DNA of 60,542 nucleotides, filler included, from Squatina squatina (Eukaryota), in assembly GCA_031763465.1 (NCBI GenBank). It is 4 parts of 4 records of this genome, joined end to end, with 100 filler letters (N's around TTAATTAATTAA, not from the genome) between each part and the next. Parts side by side here need not be neighbours in the genome. Positions count along the whole stretch, not along the records: positions 46,935 to 60,542 come from JARFOE010000192.1; 3 more parts are not named here. One strand, given 5' to 3'. The notes beneath the pieces were generated by a model. It did not search any database. It was not told the origin of the DNA and saw only the letters and a list, made by a program, of their open reading frames with translations. Below are positions 49,665-60,542 of this stretch, piece after piece; position 1 is the stretch's first letter, and every line of letters starts with the position of its first letter. Made by a program: the position numbers and the translations under genes.

Positions 49665-51169
49665 TTCACCACCCCAGCAACACTACCTGCCCAAAATATT
49701 AGTTCAGGTGTCGAATTTAAACACCACTTAATCCACAGAATGACATTCGATTTATTACAGAATTACAGTGATTACAGAAAATATGTGATGAGAAACCAGC
49801 ACATTTTATTTTACTATTAAATGTGTCAAGAACTCTTTTATTTAAAGGGGCACTATCTTCAATGAAACATTCCACCGATTTTTGTTTGTTCATAAGCATG
49901 GTAAGTATTTATTTTTTGTTGTTATGCGATGCTGGCAAGGCTGCATTTATTGCATATCCTGGGAGCGAATGTTTTTACAACTGAGTAACTTGCTAGCCTG
50001 TAAACAAAAAGTGCTGGAAAAACTCAGCAGGCCACGCAGCATCTGTGGAGAGAAAAACAGAGTTAACGTTTCTGGTCGATGACCCTTCTTCAGAACACAG
50101 AAAAGCCAGAAATGCAGGATGTTTTCAAGCACTGGCAGGNNNNNNNNNNNNNNNNNNNNNNNNNNNNNNNNNNNNNNNNNNNNNNNNNNNNNNNNNNNNN
50201 NNNNNNNNNNNNNNNNNNNNNNNNNNNNNNNNNNNNNNNAATACTTCAGACAGCTGAGCAGCTGAGTGATTTTATTTGTGCTTCCTGAGGCTCATCTTGA
50301 TGAAAGCCTGTTTGTCCAGCACCCAGCTATGATGCTGCAGATTCTTAGCCATGCAAAGCCATATCATACGGCAAAAACAAAAAAGTGTCCTAGCAGGACA
50401 CGCTGAATTTCCCTGTCTCTCTCATCTCAGGGGGCAAAAAATCTTAATCCAAACGACAGGGAGATAAATAATGAGGGGCGATCTGCCGGCTTAATGGTTA
50501 CAGCAATGACTGCACCCAGCAGATGATCGCGAGTTTAATTCTCACAGTCAAACGTCATCTAAATTTACCCGACACAATCGGAATGACTTTTGCCAGTTCT
50601 CAGCCGGGCAATTAGGTGCCTCGGTGTAGCAGATGTTCCACATCAAGGGAGGTGAACACTGACATTCCTTCTCACATAGACGTAAGTCTCTTCCTTCTGG
50701 CAGGCTGCTGCCACAAAAAAGTCATTTGGCCAGGCTATCTCGTTCTCTTGATTACATAATATTGCCTGAATCCAAAAGGCTTCAAGAGTGAAGTATTGGG
50801 GGTGGGGGGTGGGGGGGGGGGTGGGTGCGATAAGTGGCTGTCCTCAGAACTGGCATATAAATAAGTCTATTTATTTAGATTTCTCCAATTGCTCATCTGA
50901 TTTATTTCCTTACCCCTGTCTCTCCCAAAAGAAATAATTCATGTTGGGGTACCAGAAAGGCACAGACCTGTCCAAGACCTCTCCCAAGTGGCTACCCTTG
51001 TATCAACCTTGGTACCATGTGTCAGTGGGCTTTTCAACCAGTAGAACATGAAGGTCAGGACAATCTGTGACTTTACTACATATAAATAATTTGCATTAAG
51101 CATGTCACATAGTCATTATCCAGTTATTCATTTGTTCCACTTAAACATTAAATGTAACAGAAATGTATC

Positions 51170-51680
51170 TAGAAGGACAATGGCAGCAGACGCATGGGAA
51201 CAGTACCACCTCCAAGTTCCCCTTCAAGTCACACGCCATCCTGACTTTGATGTCTATTGCCGTTCCTTCGTCGTCACTGGGTCAAAATCCTGGAACTCCC
51301 TCCCTAACAGTACTGTGGGAGTTCCTTCACCACAAGGACTGCAGCGGTTCAAGAAGGCGGCTCATCANNNNNNNNNNNNNNNNNNNNNNNNNNNNNNNNN
51401 NNNNNNNNNNNNNNNNNNNNNNNNNNNNNNNNNNNNNNNNNNNNNNNNNNNNNNNNNNNNNNNNNNNGGGAACACCAGCACCTTTAAGTTCCCCTTCGAG
51501 TCACACAGCATCCTGACTTGGACATATATCGGCGTTCCTTCATCGTCGCTGGGTCAACACTCTCCCTAACAGCACTGTGGGAGTACCTTCACCACATGGA
51601 CAGTGGCGGCTCAAGAAGAAGGCCCAACACCACCTTCTCAATAGAAGCTGGGGATGGACAATAAACACTAGCCTTGCCTA
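51170..51680 (+). mobile_element. Two tandem LINE 3'-end fragments, same family as 47960-48270
   Basis: Repeated gggaacaccacc...aagttccccttcaagtcacac..catcctgactt segment on both sides of a gap. Confidence 0.7.
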
Positions 51681-52109
51681 TATCACGAGAAAGAGAAAAA
51701 ACACACTGAGCACGTGTAATCATTCATATACAATTCACAAACAGCGAGCCTGTGTTCTATGGACTGGTACCATTACTATGGTGATGAAACGAAAGTGTTT
51801 TGATTGTATTTTACAGAGCTTGCTTGTTTCATATTTTGATACATGTTGAATGGTACACTGCATCTGAAGGAACAGCAACTTTAAAGTGACAGCAATGTTT
51901 TGATCCGTATTTGTAAGGCTGTATTTCAAAGCTGTGCAGTGTCTATTTAGAGAACAGTGACATCTCCCATACACAACTAGCTAGAGCTCTGGTGAGTTTG
52001 TCAAATCCCTTGATTTAGCTCAGCAAATCCATTCAAAGTTGTGAGCCTTTTGCTGGTCATCCTATGATTTTGAATTTGCATAATCATTTCACTTTAAAAA
52101 AAGGAGTGT

Positions 52110-52437
52110 GGTCTAGAAATTCGCCTCAGGATATGGTGCAAAATAGGCAGCATCGGATCGGCTGCATGTTATACGCACCGCCTGATATTCAGCTCCATCG
52201 ACTGCAACACTTGGTTATATTAATGGGGGCTGTACTGGCAGACGACCTCGCCCTCCAGGACCTACAGCGGAGGGAATAGAGGCAGCGAGAAAGACTGGAA
52301 TATGTAGCCAGAGGGAGGAGGGGGCTATGAGGGCTCACACAGGAGGCCTTACCTTCCAAGGATATTCTGAGAGCACTTCTCCTTCCTCCAATTAAATGAG
52401 GAGCTTTGTATTAGAAGGCTCCATTTCACCAAAGAGG
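52110..52437 (+). mobile_element. PIF/Harbinger terminus plus transposase N-terminal remnant
   Basis: RRPYLPRIF*EHFSFLQLNEELCIRRLHFTKE resembles the HARBI1-type N-terminus; preceded by a terminus-like ggtctagaaatt. Confidence 0.7.
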
Positions 52438-52679
52438 NNNNNNNNNNNNNNNNNNNNNNNNNNNNNNNNNNNNNNNNNNNNNNNNNNNNNNNNNNNNNNN
52501 NNNNNNNNNNNNNNNNNNNNNNNNNNNNNNNNNNNNNACATTACAACAGTGACTGCACTCCAAAAGTATTTCATTGGCTGTGAAGCACTTTCCAGATGTC
52601 TGGTGGTCGTGAAAGGCGCTACATAAATCCAAGTCTTTCTTTCTACTATATAAATACAAGTTGTTGTTGTGGAGGGTTC

Positions 52680-53330
52680 CAAATTGAGGGAGATCTCCTC
52701 CGGTTGGATCTGTTTCCTTCTGCTGTGAGCTTCTTTATCCTGCCAGCTGCGATGTTGGAAATTTGAAGAACGCATAGAGTGAAAACTAAGTGACCAGCTT
52801 GCATCACAACCTGTGTGTGATTCAATGAATATGCATCGAGCAGGTTCAGTTGTGTGGCAAGTTTGCTTTGGTGGGGGCACCTTTCCAAATTGTGAAGTGA
52901 CAAAAGGTTGCCATTTCAAGTGACAATAATTAAGTGTTGCTGCAACATGGGAATGATTGTGAAGATTGGAAAGAGCTGTTTTCTGGAGACTTAGCATGTA
53001 ACAGGGTGACAGGAAACAGTCTGTGACCTGATACAGTGCAGTGCTGATTAGCCTCAACTTGGCAGACCTCCTGAGGCTATTGACCTTTTTCCTCATCTTC
53101 CTTCAGCTACACAGGGTGTTGGGAGACTGTATTTAACCTGACAGCCATGTCCATCAAGCAGTCAGCACATTTCTTCTGACAGAAGGGTGCCTTGGGATGC
53201 CAAAAGAGAATAGCCTTCCTTTGCTGCACTTCCTCCAACAGGATCTCCAGACATTCATCCAAAAATGGGGCAGATCTGCTTCTTCCTGTAGTCATTTCTC
53301 CTTTTCTGGCTAAAGGCAATTAATCTAAAC
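52680..53330 (-). mobile_element. PIF/Harbinger Myb/SANT gene remnant (two exons)
   Basis: RSAPFLDECLEILLEEVQQRKAILF...MAVRLNTVS...MRKKVNSLRRSAK, then DKEAHSRRKQIQ after an intron-like stretch. Confidence 0.65.
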
Positions 53331-53439
53331 TTTTAAATAGCAAACGCAACCCTTAAGAACTGCAGCTGTGCACAATTTCCTGCTCCCTGCTCAAAATGAG
53401 CTCCAGCAAGCAAGCCTCATCTGCTTGCCATGAACGTGT

Positions 53440-53630
53440 AAAAAGACTTACATTTCAACAGCACCTTTCATAACCTCAGGACGTCCCAAAGCACTTTACA
53501 GCCGATGAAGTACTTTTGAAGTGTAGCCACTGTTGTACAGTAGGGAACGTGACAGCCAATTTGCGCACAGCAAGCTCCCACAAACGGCAATGTGATAATG
53601 ACCAGATAATCTGTTTTTAGTCATGTTGAT
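53440..53630 (-). mobile_element. DeuSINE-type SINE 3' half
   Basis: Collinear with 16605-16790 and 42651-42850. Confidence 0.78.
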
Positions 53631-53880
53631 GTATACTGGGGGCAATTTTGGGATTGGTCCAGTGTGATTATTGTGAGTGTTGTGTTCACCCTGAAGAGTT
53701 ATCTGCTTTGGTACAGTAATAGTAGTGTGTGGTGAATAGCCTGTGATTGAGAATATAGGGCTGCAGTTATACTGCCACTTTTACATTGATGCAAAGTGAT
53801 TTGGGAGTTGATTATAATGGGGAAAAAAATGTAATTCTGAGTTATGCCATGATCTGACTCTAGAATAAACTCAGGCTAAG

Positions 53881-54361
53881 TGACAGGAGACCCCCTTTCA
53901 GGAACACCGGGCTTGGAATGAGTTGTGGGACAAATCACCACTCGGAGTCCCTGGTAGACAGTCACGAAAGAATCTTTATTACAAGCATGCAGTGCACCAC
54001 ATGCAGGGGAGAATCCCAGTCCTAGGGATCTCTCTCCGAGTTAAAAATGACATTGAGTTTTATACATGATTAGGGGGTTTCGAATGACATCTCCTCCCCT
54101 GGATCCTGCCATTCACATTCGTTAAATCAGTAAACAGTTTGCATTATTCATTTTTTCTGACTGTTTGTCGTTAACAGAGACCATTCTATTTGCTAATCTT
54201 CTGTCCGAAACTTGTTAACAGCATTCTATTACATTAGTTAACAGTTTGCATTATTCAATCGCCTCCTCTCCACATTATGCATTTTCAATACAGGAAACGG
54301 ATATTCATATTTAACCTACTCATACCCTGCAAATGCCAAACACTCTTATATTTCCCCTTCA
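53881..54361 (-). mobile_element. 3' LTR (481 bp) of a second ERV-like element
   Basis: Minus strand TGAAGGGG...CCTGTCA; preceded by GGGGGCCAATAGTGGGGAG (54380-54362); TATAAAA 54064-54058; AATAAA 53980-53975; duplicated 18-mers in U3. Confidence 0.75.
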
Positions 54362-54561
54362 CTCCCCACTATTGGCCCCCTGGTCAGACCTACCAGCTGA
54401 CCCAGATAGGCCACATCTAAACCTCGAATTCTCGACTCGCAGGCTTGTCCAGGGATCCTACTGGACTCCTGCGAGTGTCAAATTCATGAATTTAAAGCTC
54501 TCTTACAGCCTTGTCAATGCCCTACTGGCTTTGGCTAGGCCTGGAACTGTCAGAATCCAAT

Positions 54562-54876
54562 TTATATAGCATATACATTTACTAATTCCCCTGTCTCTGG
54601 AAGTGGCGTTGAGGGTGCGGACACTGGGGCGTACCCTTTACTTGACATCATTACCATCTGCATTGCTTGTGATATCATCAGTTTTTGTTCATAGCAGATG
54701 CATAGACTGATGACAAGGACGAGCGCTGAGGCGATGGTGGCTGCCATTCTGCCTATCTCCCACCCATTATACTGTATTCGATTGAGTTCAGCTCCTCCAC
54801 TGGCGGAGGTCTCTAGTATCTTGACCGTTCCTTTTGCCAAGTTCACTTGCACCCTCCCTTTGTTAGTGGTCTGACA
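54562..54876 (-). CDS. Env-like ORF C-terminus, open up to the gap; ERV-like element
   Basis: CQTTNKGRVQVNLAKGTVKILETSASGGAELNRIQYNGWEIGR-MAATIASALVLVISLCICY-EQKLMISQAMQMVMMSSKGYAPVSAPSTPLPETGELVNVYAI*: one hydrophobic helix and a GYxxV tail motif, ending ~180 bp before the PPT/LTR. Confidence 0.6.
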   Translation of the reverse strand, partial: CQTTNKGRVQVNLAKGTVKILETSASGGAELNRIQYNGWEIGRMAATIASALVLVISLCICYEQKLMISQAMQMVMMSSKGYAPVSAPSTPLPETGELVNVYAI

Positions 54877-54976
54877 NNNNNNNNNNNNNNNNNNNNNNNN
54901 NNNNNNNNNNNNNNNNNNNNNNNNNNNNNNNNNNNNNNNNNNNNNNNNNNNNNNNNNNNNNNNNNNNNNNNNNNNN

Positions 54977-55520
54977 AGAGCCTCTCAGCTCACTGCACAA
55001 AGGTCTATCAGGCCCTGTGCACTGCTTACAGCCTCAGCAGAAGCATAACAGCACACAGTCCCTGTCCATTGTCTTTCAGGTCACTGTACAAGGTCTCTCA
55101 GTTCTTGCTCACAATTCCCTATTCAGAGCCTCTCAGCTCACTGCACAAAGGTCTATCAGGCCCTGTGCACTGCCGGGCTTCAGCCCAGCCTAGCCCCAAT
55201 CGGACTCTTGTGCCAGATTATATGAGCTAAGGCCGTGTCCCCACTGAAAAACGCACGCGTTGTCACCACTCGATTTAGTGTACACTGACACTGTGCAATT
55301 CTGGACGGGCGCCCATTTTGGGCGGCATGCACAATGATGACATCACAGGGCCGCGTATAGACTAACGCCAGTGCCTCGAGCATTATGGACTCTGCGCCCG
55401 TTTTGCGCCGGCGCAAACGGGACCCAAATTTTGCGCCTGCGTTTTAGCGCCAAAAGTGACTTAACGCCAGTTTTGCGCCACTTTCACGCCAGAAGTTTTA
55501 CCACGAATTGGCCGCCCTAT
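54977..55520. repeat. 49-bp direct repeat (54977-55025 / 55125-55173) followed by a CpG-rich transposon-like terminus
   Basis: Identical agagcctctcagctcactgcacaaaggtctatcaggccctgtgcactgc copies 148 bp apart; repeated ttttgcgcc/acgcca motifs ending gaattggccgccc. Confidence 0.6.
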
Positions 55521-56892
55521 ATCTGCAAAATCCAAATAAAAAAAGTACAGAAGCATCCTAATTCCTCAATTTATAAACAATCACAAACAAAGGAATATTT
55601 CATGCTTCTGTGCGTTTCTCAAATTCTGCTTCGTAATGTAAATTTGGTATGTAATGTGTTGCAGATGTTGCGCGACCGAAGGATTGGGTTTACTCTTCCC
55701 TCCAGCATAAACGTGCAGTTCTATTACAAAACTTTTTTGGCACAGGTTGAACTTGCACAACGCCAAGCCATCCCACCCTCCTAAGCTCTGTGCCAGTGCT
55801 AACTAACGTGGGCAAAAATTACTTAAGCGGGATTAGTACGTTCGCTGGGGGCATTCTGTGGTTACTAAGATACTTTCCTCTCATTCATTTAGGGTTAAAT
55901 CCTTGCAATAAATCATCTTTCAGCTGGTCTTAATACAAAAGCTATAAAACAGAGCACATGTTCGTCTAACAGACACATCCTGACCGTGGAGGGACACAGG
56001 CTGACGCATGTAGCCTGCTGTGGCTGCCGAGCAACTGAGAGAGCCACGGAAATAAGAGCTAATCCTATAAAGCAGTAGTCAAATTAAGTTTCCAGTTTAT
56101 CTTTTTAATGTATTAAAAGCAGCTGTGTTCTGGGATGGCCCTGGGCTTGCCACTGTTTGCCAAAACCAGATGGGTCAGGGCAAATGATGGTATCNNNNNN
56201 NNNNNNNNNNNNNNNNNNNNNNNNNNNNNNNNNNNNNNNNNNNNNNNNNNNNNNNNNNNNNNNNNNNNNNNNNNNNNNNNNNNNNNNNNNNNNNTGGGGC
56301 ACCAAAGAAAGCATGGGAATCCACCATTGTTTTGGAAATTACACAGGGCATCAATGTTACAGTTTGAAGACAACTAGAAGTCCAATCTGGGGTTGGTTTT
56401 GCACGAAAGTGGATTAAAAACCACAATTTTTTAATGTAATTAAGAAGAAAATGTAACACTGGACCAGCTGTAATGTACAGAACCTGAAAAGGATATGGAG
56501 GGGCAATGGGGGTAATTCAGCAATTACAGTGGGTGGAGGGAGGAGACATACAGTCTTGAGTTCATCCCCTAAATTGGCACTGATATGCAAGGTGGGTTTT
56601 GTTTACGCACTGGCAGCCAATTTGCATTATAGGAGACAACACAGCTACACTGGGTTTTGGCAGTTGGCTTCGTAGCCTGATCAAGCCTCTGAACTGCAGT
56701 GTAACTACTGCAGTGAGATACTTGGGTGTTGTTTCATTACAGAAATAGCACTTGCTACAGCCCCGCTGTGGTATGCAGTGTCTAACCACAGTTATCATTT
56801 TATCAGCCCATTGAGCAGTCTTTTTTTTTCACAAATTACAACATTAACTCTTACTTTTATGATTTAACTTGCATGATTTTATGTTTTAATTC

Positions 56893-57336
56893 GCAGCTTG
56901 GCTCAGTCAGTTACCCTCTGGCCTCCGAATCAGAAGGTTGTGGGTTCTAAGCCCCACTCCTGTATGATCTAGGCTGACACTTCAGGACTGAAGGAGTTCT
57001 GCATTGTTGGAAGTGACACCCATCCAATGAGACACTAAGCTGAAGGCATGTCTGCCTGTTCAAATGGATGGAAAATATTCCATTAGCACCATTTGTAGTA
57101 GGTCACAATGATTTCCTGGTGAGGATTCCTCCCTCAACCAGCAACACCAAAAACATATTAAGGGATCATTAATCTCATCTGCTGTTTGTGGGGCCCTGCT
57201 GTGGACAAAATTGTCTGCCACATTTACCTACATAACAACTGTAACTGCACTTCAAAAGTAATAAACTACATGTAAAACACTTTGGAACATCCTGAGGCCA
57301 TGGAAAGGGCTGTTTAAATGCAATCTTTTTCTTTCT
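56893..57336 (+). mobile_element. Old full-length DeuSINE-type SINE
   Basis: Head gcagcttggctcagt...tcagaaggttgtgggttctaagcccc, central domain and aaatgcaatctttt tail; more diverged than other copies. Confidence 0.75.
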
Positions 57337-58880
57337 AAATTACATACCATGCAAGCTAACAGTGCTAAAGCTAAAACTCGTCCAAGATCAACAGCTTGCA
57401 ATTACTCAGCTCTTTATTCCGACACTCAAAAGAGTTTAATTGTCACTGCGTGCAGATCCCTTTGAAAAAGCTGCCGATTAACTCATTACCAGATGTGGCA
57501 AAGCATGAAAAGAAGAACAGGAGGATGAGCAAGTACGAAAGGTCAGAGCAAATCTGGAATCCATTACATCGCTGCATGGGCTTACAATTCTGCAGAAGAT
57601 CATAGTGGCAGCTAATCACCACAAATGATGGTATTACTGGTGACAACAGATAGCCCCTTCAACACAAACAAACTAGAAATGTCTTGTCCAACTATTAATT
57701 AATAGAGAAAGAAATGCACTAAAGACAGAGGACACTTGAAATACTTCCATTCATTCACCCAGCTGTTCTGTAGACTGAATCAATGCTGCTTCTGTGCTCA
57801 TGTTATATGCCTTACTCAGAAGACAGTGGGCACAGCAAAAATAATGGCAAAGCCTATTACTTTTTAAATTGCTGTTCAGTCTGTTTTCTTTAACGATCGG
57901 TCCTCCTGCAATATGTGTCTCGATATGCTGCTGTTACAAAAGGATTGTACATATTTTTATTACATCGGCCTGCAGACCATTCACAAGTTCAATAAATGCC
58001 AGATTTAAGGGCAACAGGGAGCTCATTTCCTTTATCACCGAGTATTTCTCAGCTCCTTAAAATGGAGACAGCCATCACAGAAAATCTTGCCTGTCTTGTC
58101 TGTGGCAGGGAGTACAACTGCGCAGCAGTTTGTGGCAAGTTACATTTATCACACTGACTATACGACAAAAGAAGCCAAACGATGATCAAGAAGAGGGTGA
58201 CTTCCTGCTTTGTAATTCAAGAAATTTTAATGGCCTATCCTAAAGGATGATTCTACACAGATTATTATTGCCAGTGAGTTGAACAGTCACTGGCCATTAT
58301 GGTGATTTTTCAACTCTCACAAGCTTGGTCTTAATGGTTGTGAAAGCACAGAAGGCTTGGCAGAATTGTGCAGGATGTCAGGCAGCAAGGCCTGAGCCTT
58401 CTCATGGCTGGAGTCAACCTCCATTAACACTAAATGGCTAATTTTCCAAATGCATGCTCCCAGCGTGGAGCCTTGCCTGCCAGGAACGCTTATTGGGGAA
58501 TTGCGTTCGTGCTCTGAACGATTTTCCATCCATTAATTTTAATGGATGGAAAATCCTGCGGAGCACAGCCACAATTTCCTGAAGTGTGCTGCTAGGTGTG
58601 AAGGCTCAGCCTTCAGTTCACCTGGTGATGGGTGCCTTCCTGCTTGAACTGCTGCACAAGAGTTCCAGGCATGGGAGAGAGTTCCACTGACAGGAGAGGT
58701 AATATGTGAAACCACACAGCCATCACTGTGGGAGGATTTGTCCCTGTCCTGTTAGTCTAAAAGTGAATGTTTCTGCCTCANNNNNNNNNNNNNNNNNNNN
58801 NNNNNNNNNNNNNNNNNNNNNNNNNNNNNNNNNNNNNNNNNNNNNNNNNNNNNNNNNNNNNNNNNNNNNNNNNNNNNNNN

Positions 58881-59565
58881 CTGCTCTCTCAGGACGGGCC
58901 CCACTTATACCGAGCCGCATCCTGGCAAATCAAATAACTAGGGCTGTAGATAGGGCTTTAAACTACAAAACGGGAGGAGGGGTCAGGTGAGGGGTAATTT
59001 AGATATTGAAAGAGAAAGATCAATGCAATAGAGCGGTGTCGCAATTTGGGTAAAAATAAGCAGTGTGTGACAGAAAGGGACAGAGAATCTAACAGTAGCA
59101 TTGCAACAGAGAATAAGGTTAAAGCAGGGAATAATGTTAAAAAAAATTAAATTAAAGGCTCTTTATCTGAATACACAAAGCATTCGTAACAAGATAGAAA
59201 AACTAGTGGCACAAATAGAGATAAATGGACTTGATCTAATAGCCATCACAGAAATGTGGTTGCAAGGTGACCAAGGTTGGGATCTAAATGTTCCAGGGTT
59301 GTTGACATTTCGAAAAGACCGACAGAATGGAAAAAGAGGCTTTTGGAAAAAACATGAGAAATTAATGGGATTAAAAGCTGACAAATCCCCTGGACCTGAC
59401 AACCTACACCCTAGGGTTCTAAAAGAGGTGGATGGAGAGATAGTGGATGCATTGGTTTTGATCTCCCAGAATTCCCTAGGTTCTAGAACAGTCCCAGTGG
59501 ATTGGAAGGTAGAAAATGTAATACTGCTATTCAAGAAAGGAGGGAGAGAGAAAACAGGGAACTAT
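58881..59565 (+). mobile_element. CR1 LINE fragment (ORF1 end, endonuclease start fused to pre-RT region by internal deletion)
   Basis: LKALYLNTQSIRNK...DLIAITEMWL...FRKDRQNGKRG joins directly to EKLMGLKADKSPGPDNLHPRVLKEV...DWKVENVILLFKKGGREKTGNY. Confidence 0.9.
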
Positions 59566-59665
59566 NNNNNNNNNNNNNNNNNNNNNNNNNNNNNNNNNNN
59601 NNNNNNNNNNNNNNNNNNNNNNNNNNNNNNNNNNNNNNNNNNNNNNNNNNNNNNNNNNNNNNNNN

Positions 59666-59905
59666 ACTATCGATTGTATTTGTTCTGCTTTTTGTGGACA
59701 GGCGATATCTGGGTAATTTTATACTTTTTCAGATTGTTGCCAGTGTTGTAGCTGCAGTGGAACAGCTTGGCTAGAAGTGCGGCTAGCCCTGGAGCACAAG
59801 TCTTCAGCACTACAGCGGGGATGTTGTTGGACCCATAGTCTTTGCTGTATCCAGTGTGCTCAGCCATTTCTTGATATCACGTGGCATGAATCCAATTGGC
59901 TGAAG
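59666..59905 (-). mobile_element. LINE (CR1/L2 group) pre-RT fragment
   Basis: NNIPAVVLKTCAPGLAALLAKLFHCSYNTG...KITQISPVHKKQNKYNR, equivalent to the GPD.IP..VLK...P.HKK...NYR block. Confidence 0.8.
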
Positions 59906-60542
59906 ATTCTGTGATAAGCTTGGATAAACAACCAATGAAATGAAGGGGGAGAAAAATCAAATCCAGGCTTCTAGTGTGTCTTGGTCCTGTCAATAATAGG
60001 GTTAGTCACTCTTGCAGTAATAATGAGTAAAAATAACTCAATTGATCCACAAAGGATCAGTCTGCAGGAGGCTCCATCAAGCATCACTTACATTTCCTGT
60101 CATTTGCAGCACTGTGGGCTGCCAGGATTAGTAAAATGAAAGATGAAACAGCCATTGAGACAGAGGTTAACACAGAGAGCATGGCAACCCTTGTCACATT
60201 ACGCTGGCAATTTTGTGAGCATTTGACCATAATTGCCGGAGCAACTTATTTGCCCTGACTCGGTTAGTGTATAAGTGCTACTTACAGCACCTTTAAATGG
60301 ATAGTTCTTTCTGGTCCCTTAATGTGGCTGATACAGCAAAAATCAGGGCAATGAATACCCTACTATCAGAGGCACCTTAGAAGTTTTTGGACACACAACA
60401 TTGTGCTATCCACCTGGTTGCAGTGCTTTGTGCTGATCCTCTTATTTTGTAAGCTCATTTTGAATGAGTTTGTGTTTTAATGAAGATGTTTACATTTCTA
60501 TGAGAAAAGAAAAAAACATGCATTTATATAGAAACTTTCACA

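Noticed and set aside
52392-53096. 234-aa minus-strand ORF
   Set aside because: A chance read-through of Harbinger remnant, intron-like sequence, SINE and gap.
59101-59751. 216-aa ORF as a novel fusion protein
   Set aside because: An internally deleted CR1 ORF2 running into a gap.

Overview
Eukaryotic, AT-rich, repeat-dense vertebrate DNA; the SINE/LINE repertoire points to a shark or other chondrichthyan (inference). The window is not one locus. Three artificial linkers (N44-TTAATTAATTAA-N44 at 12964-13063, 30462-30561, 46835-46934) join four scaffolds, each broken by gaps (mostly 100 N) about every 1-2 kb. Scaffold 1 holds three coding exons of SLC35F4 and two exons of CCDC198 (C14orf105), in the same order and orientation as in human. 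Scaffold 3 holds a CpG-rich promoter/first-exon candidate and the large penultimate exon of TBKBP1 (SINTBAD). Scaffolds 2 and 4 have no host exon I can recognise. Repeats include CR1, L2 and RTE LINEs, tRNA-derived DeuSINE-type SINEs, PIF/Harbinger remnants and minisatellites. The most notable items are two dissimilar retroviral-like 3' ends, each with an env-like membrane-anchored ORF, polypurine tract and complete LTR (7765-8887 +, 53881-54876 -), and short Penelope-type elements carrying hammerhead-ribozyme core motifs, one flanked by a 17-bp direct repeat. All homologies are from memory; no searches were run. I cannot support a wholly new biological system beyond these possibly undescribed elements.
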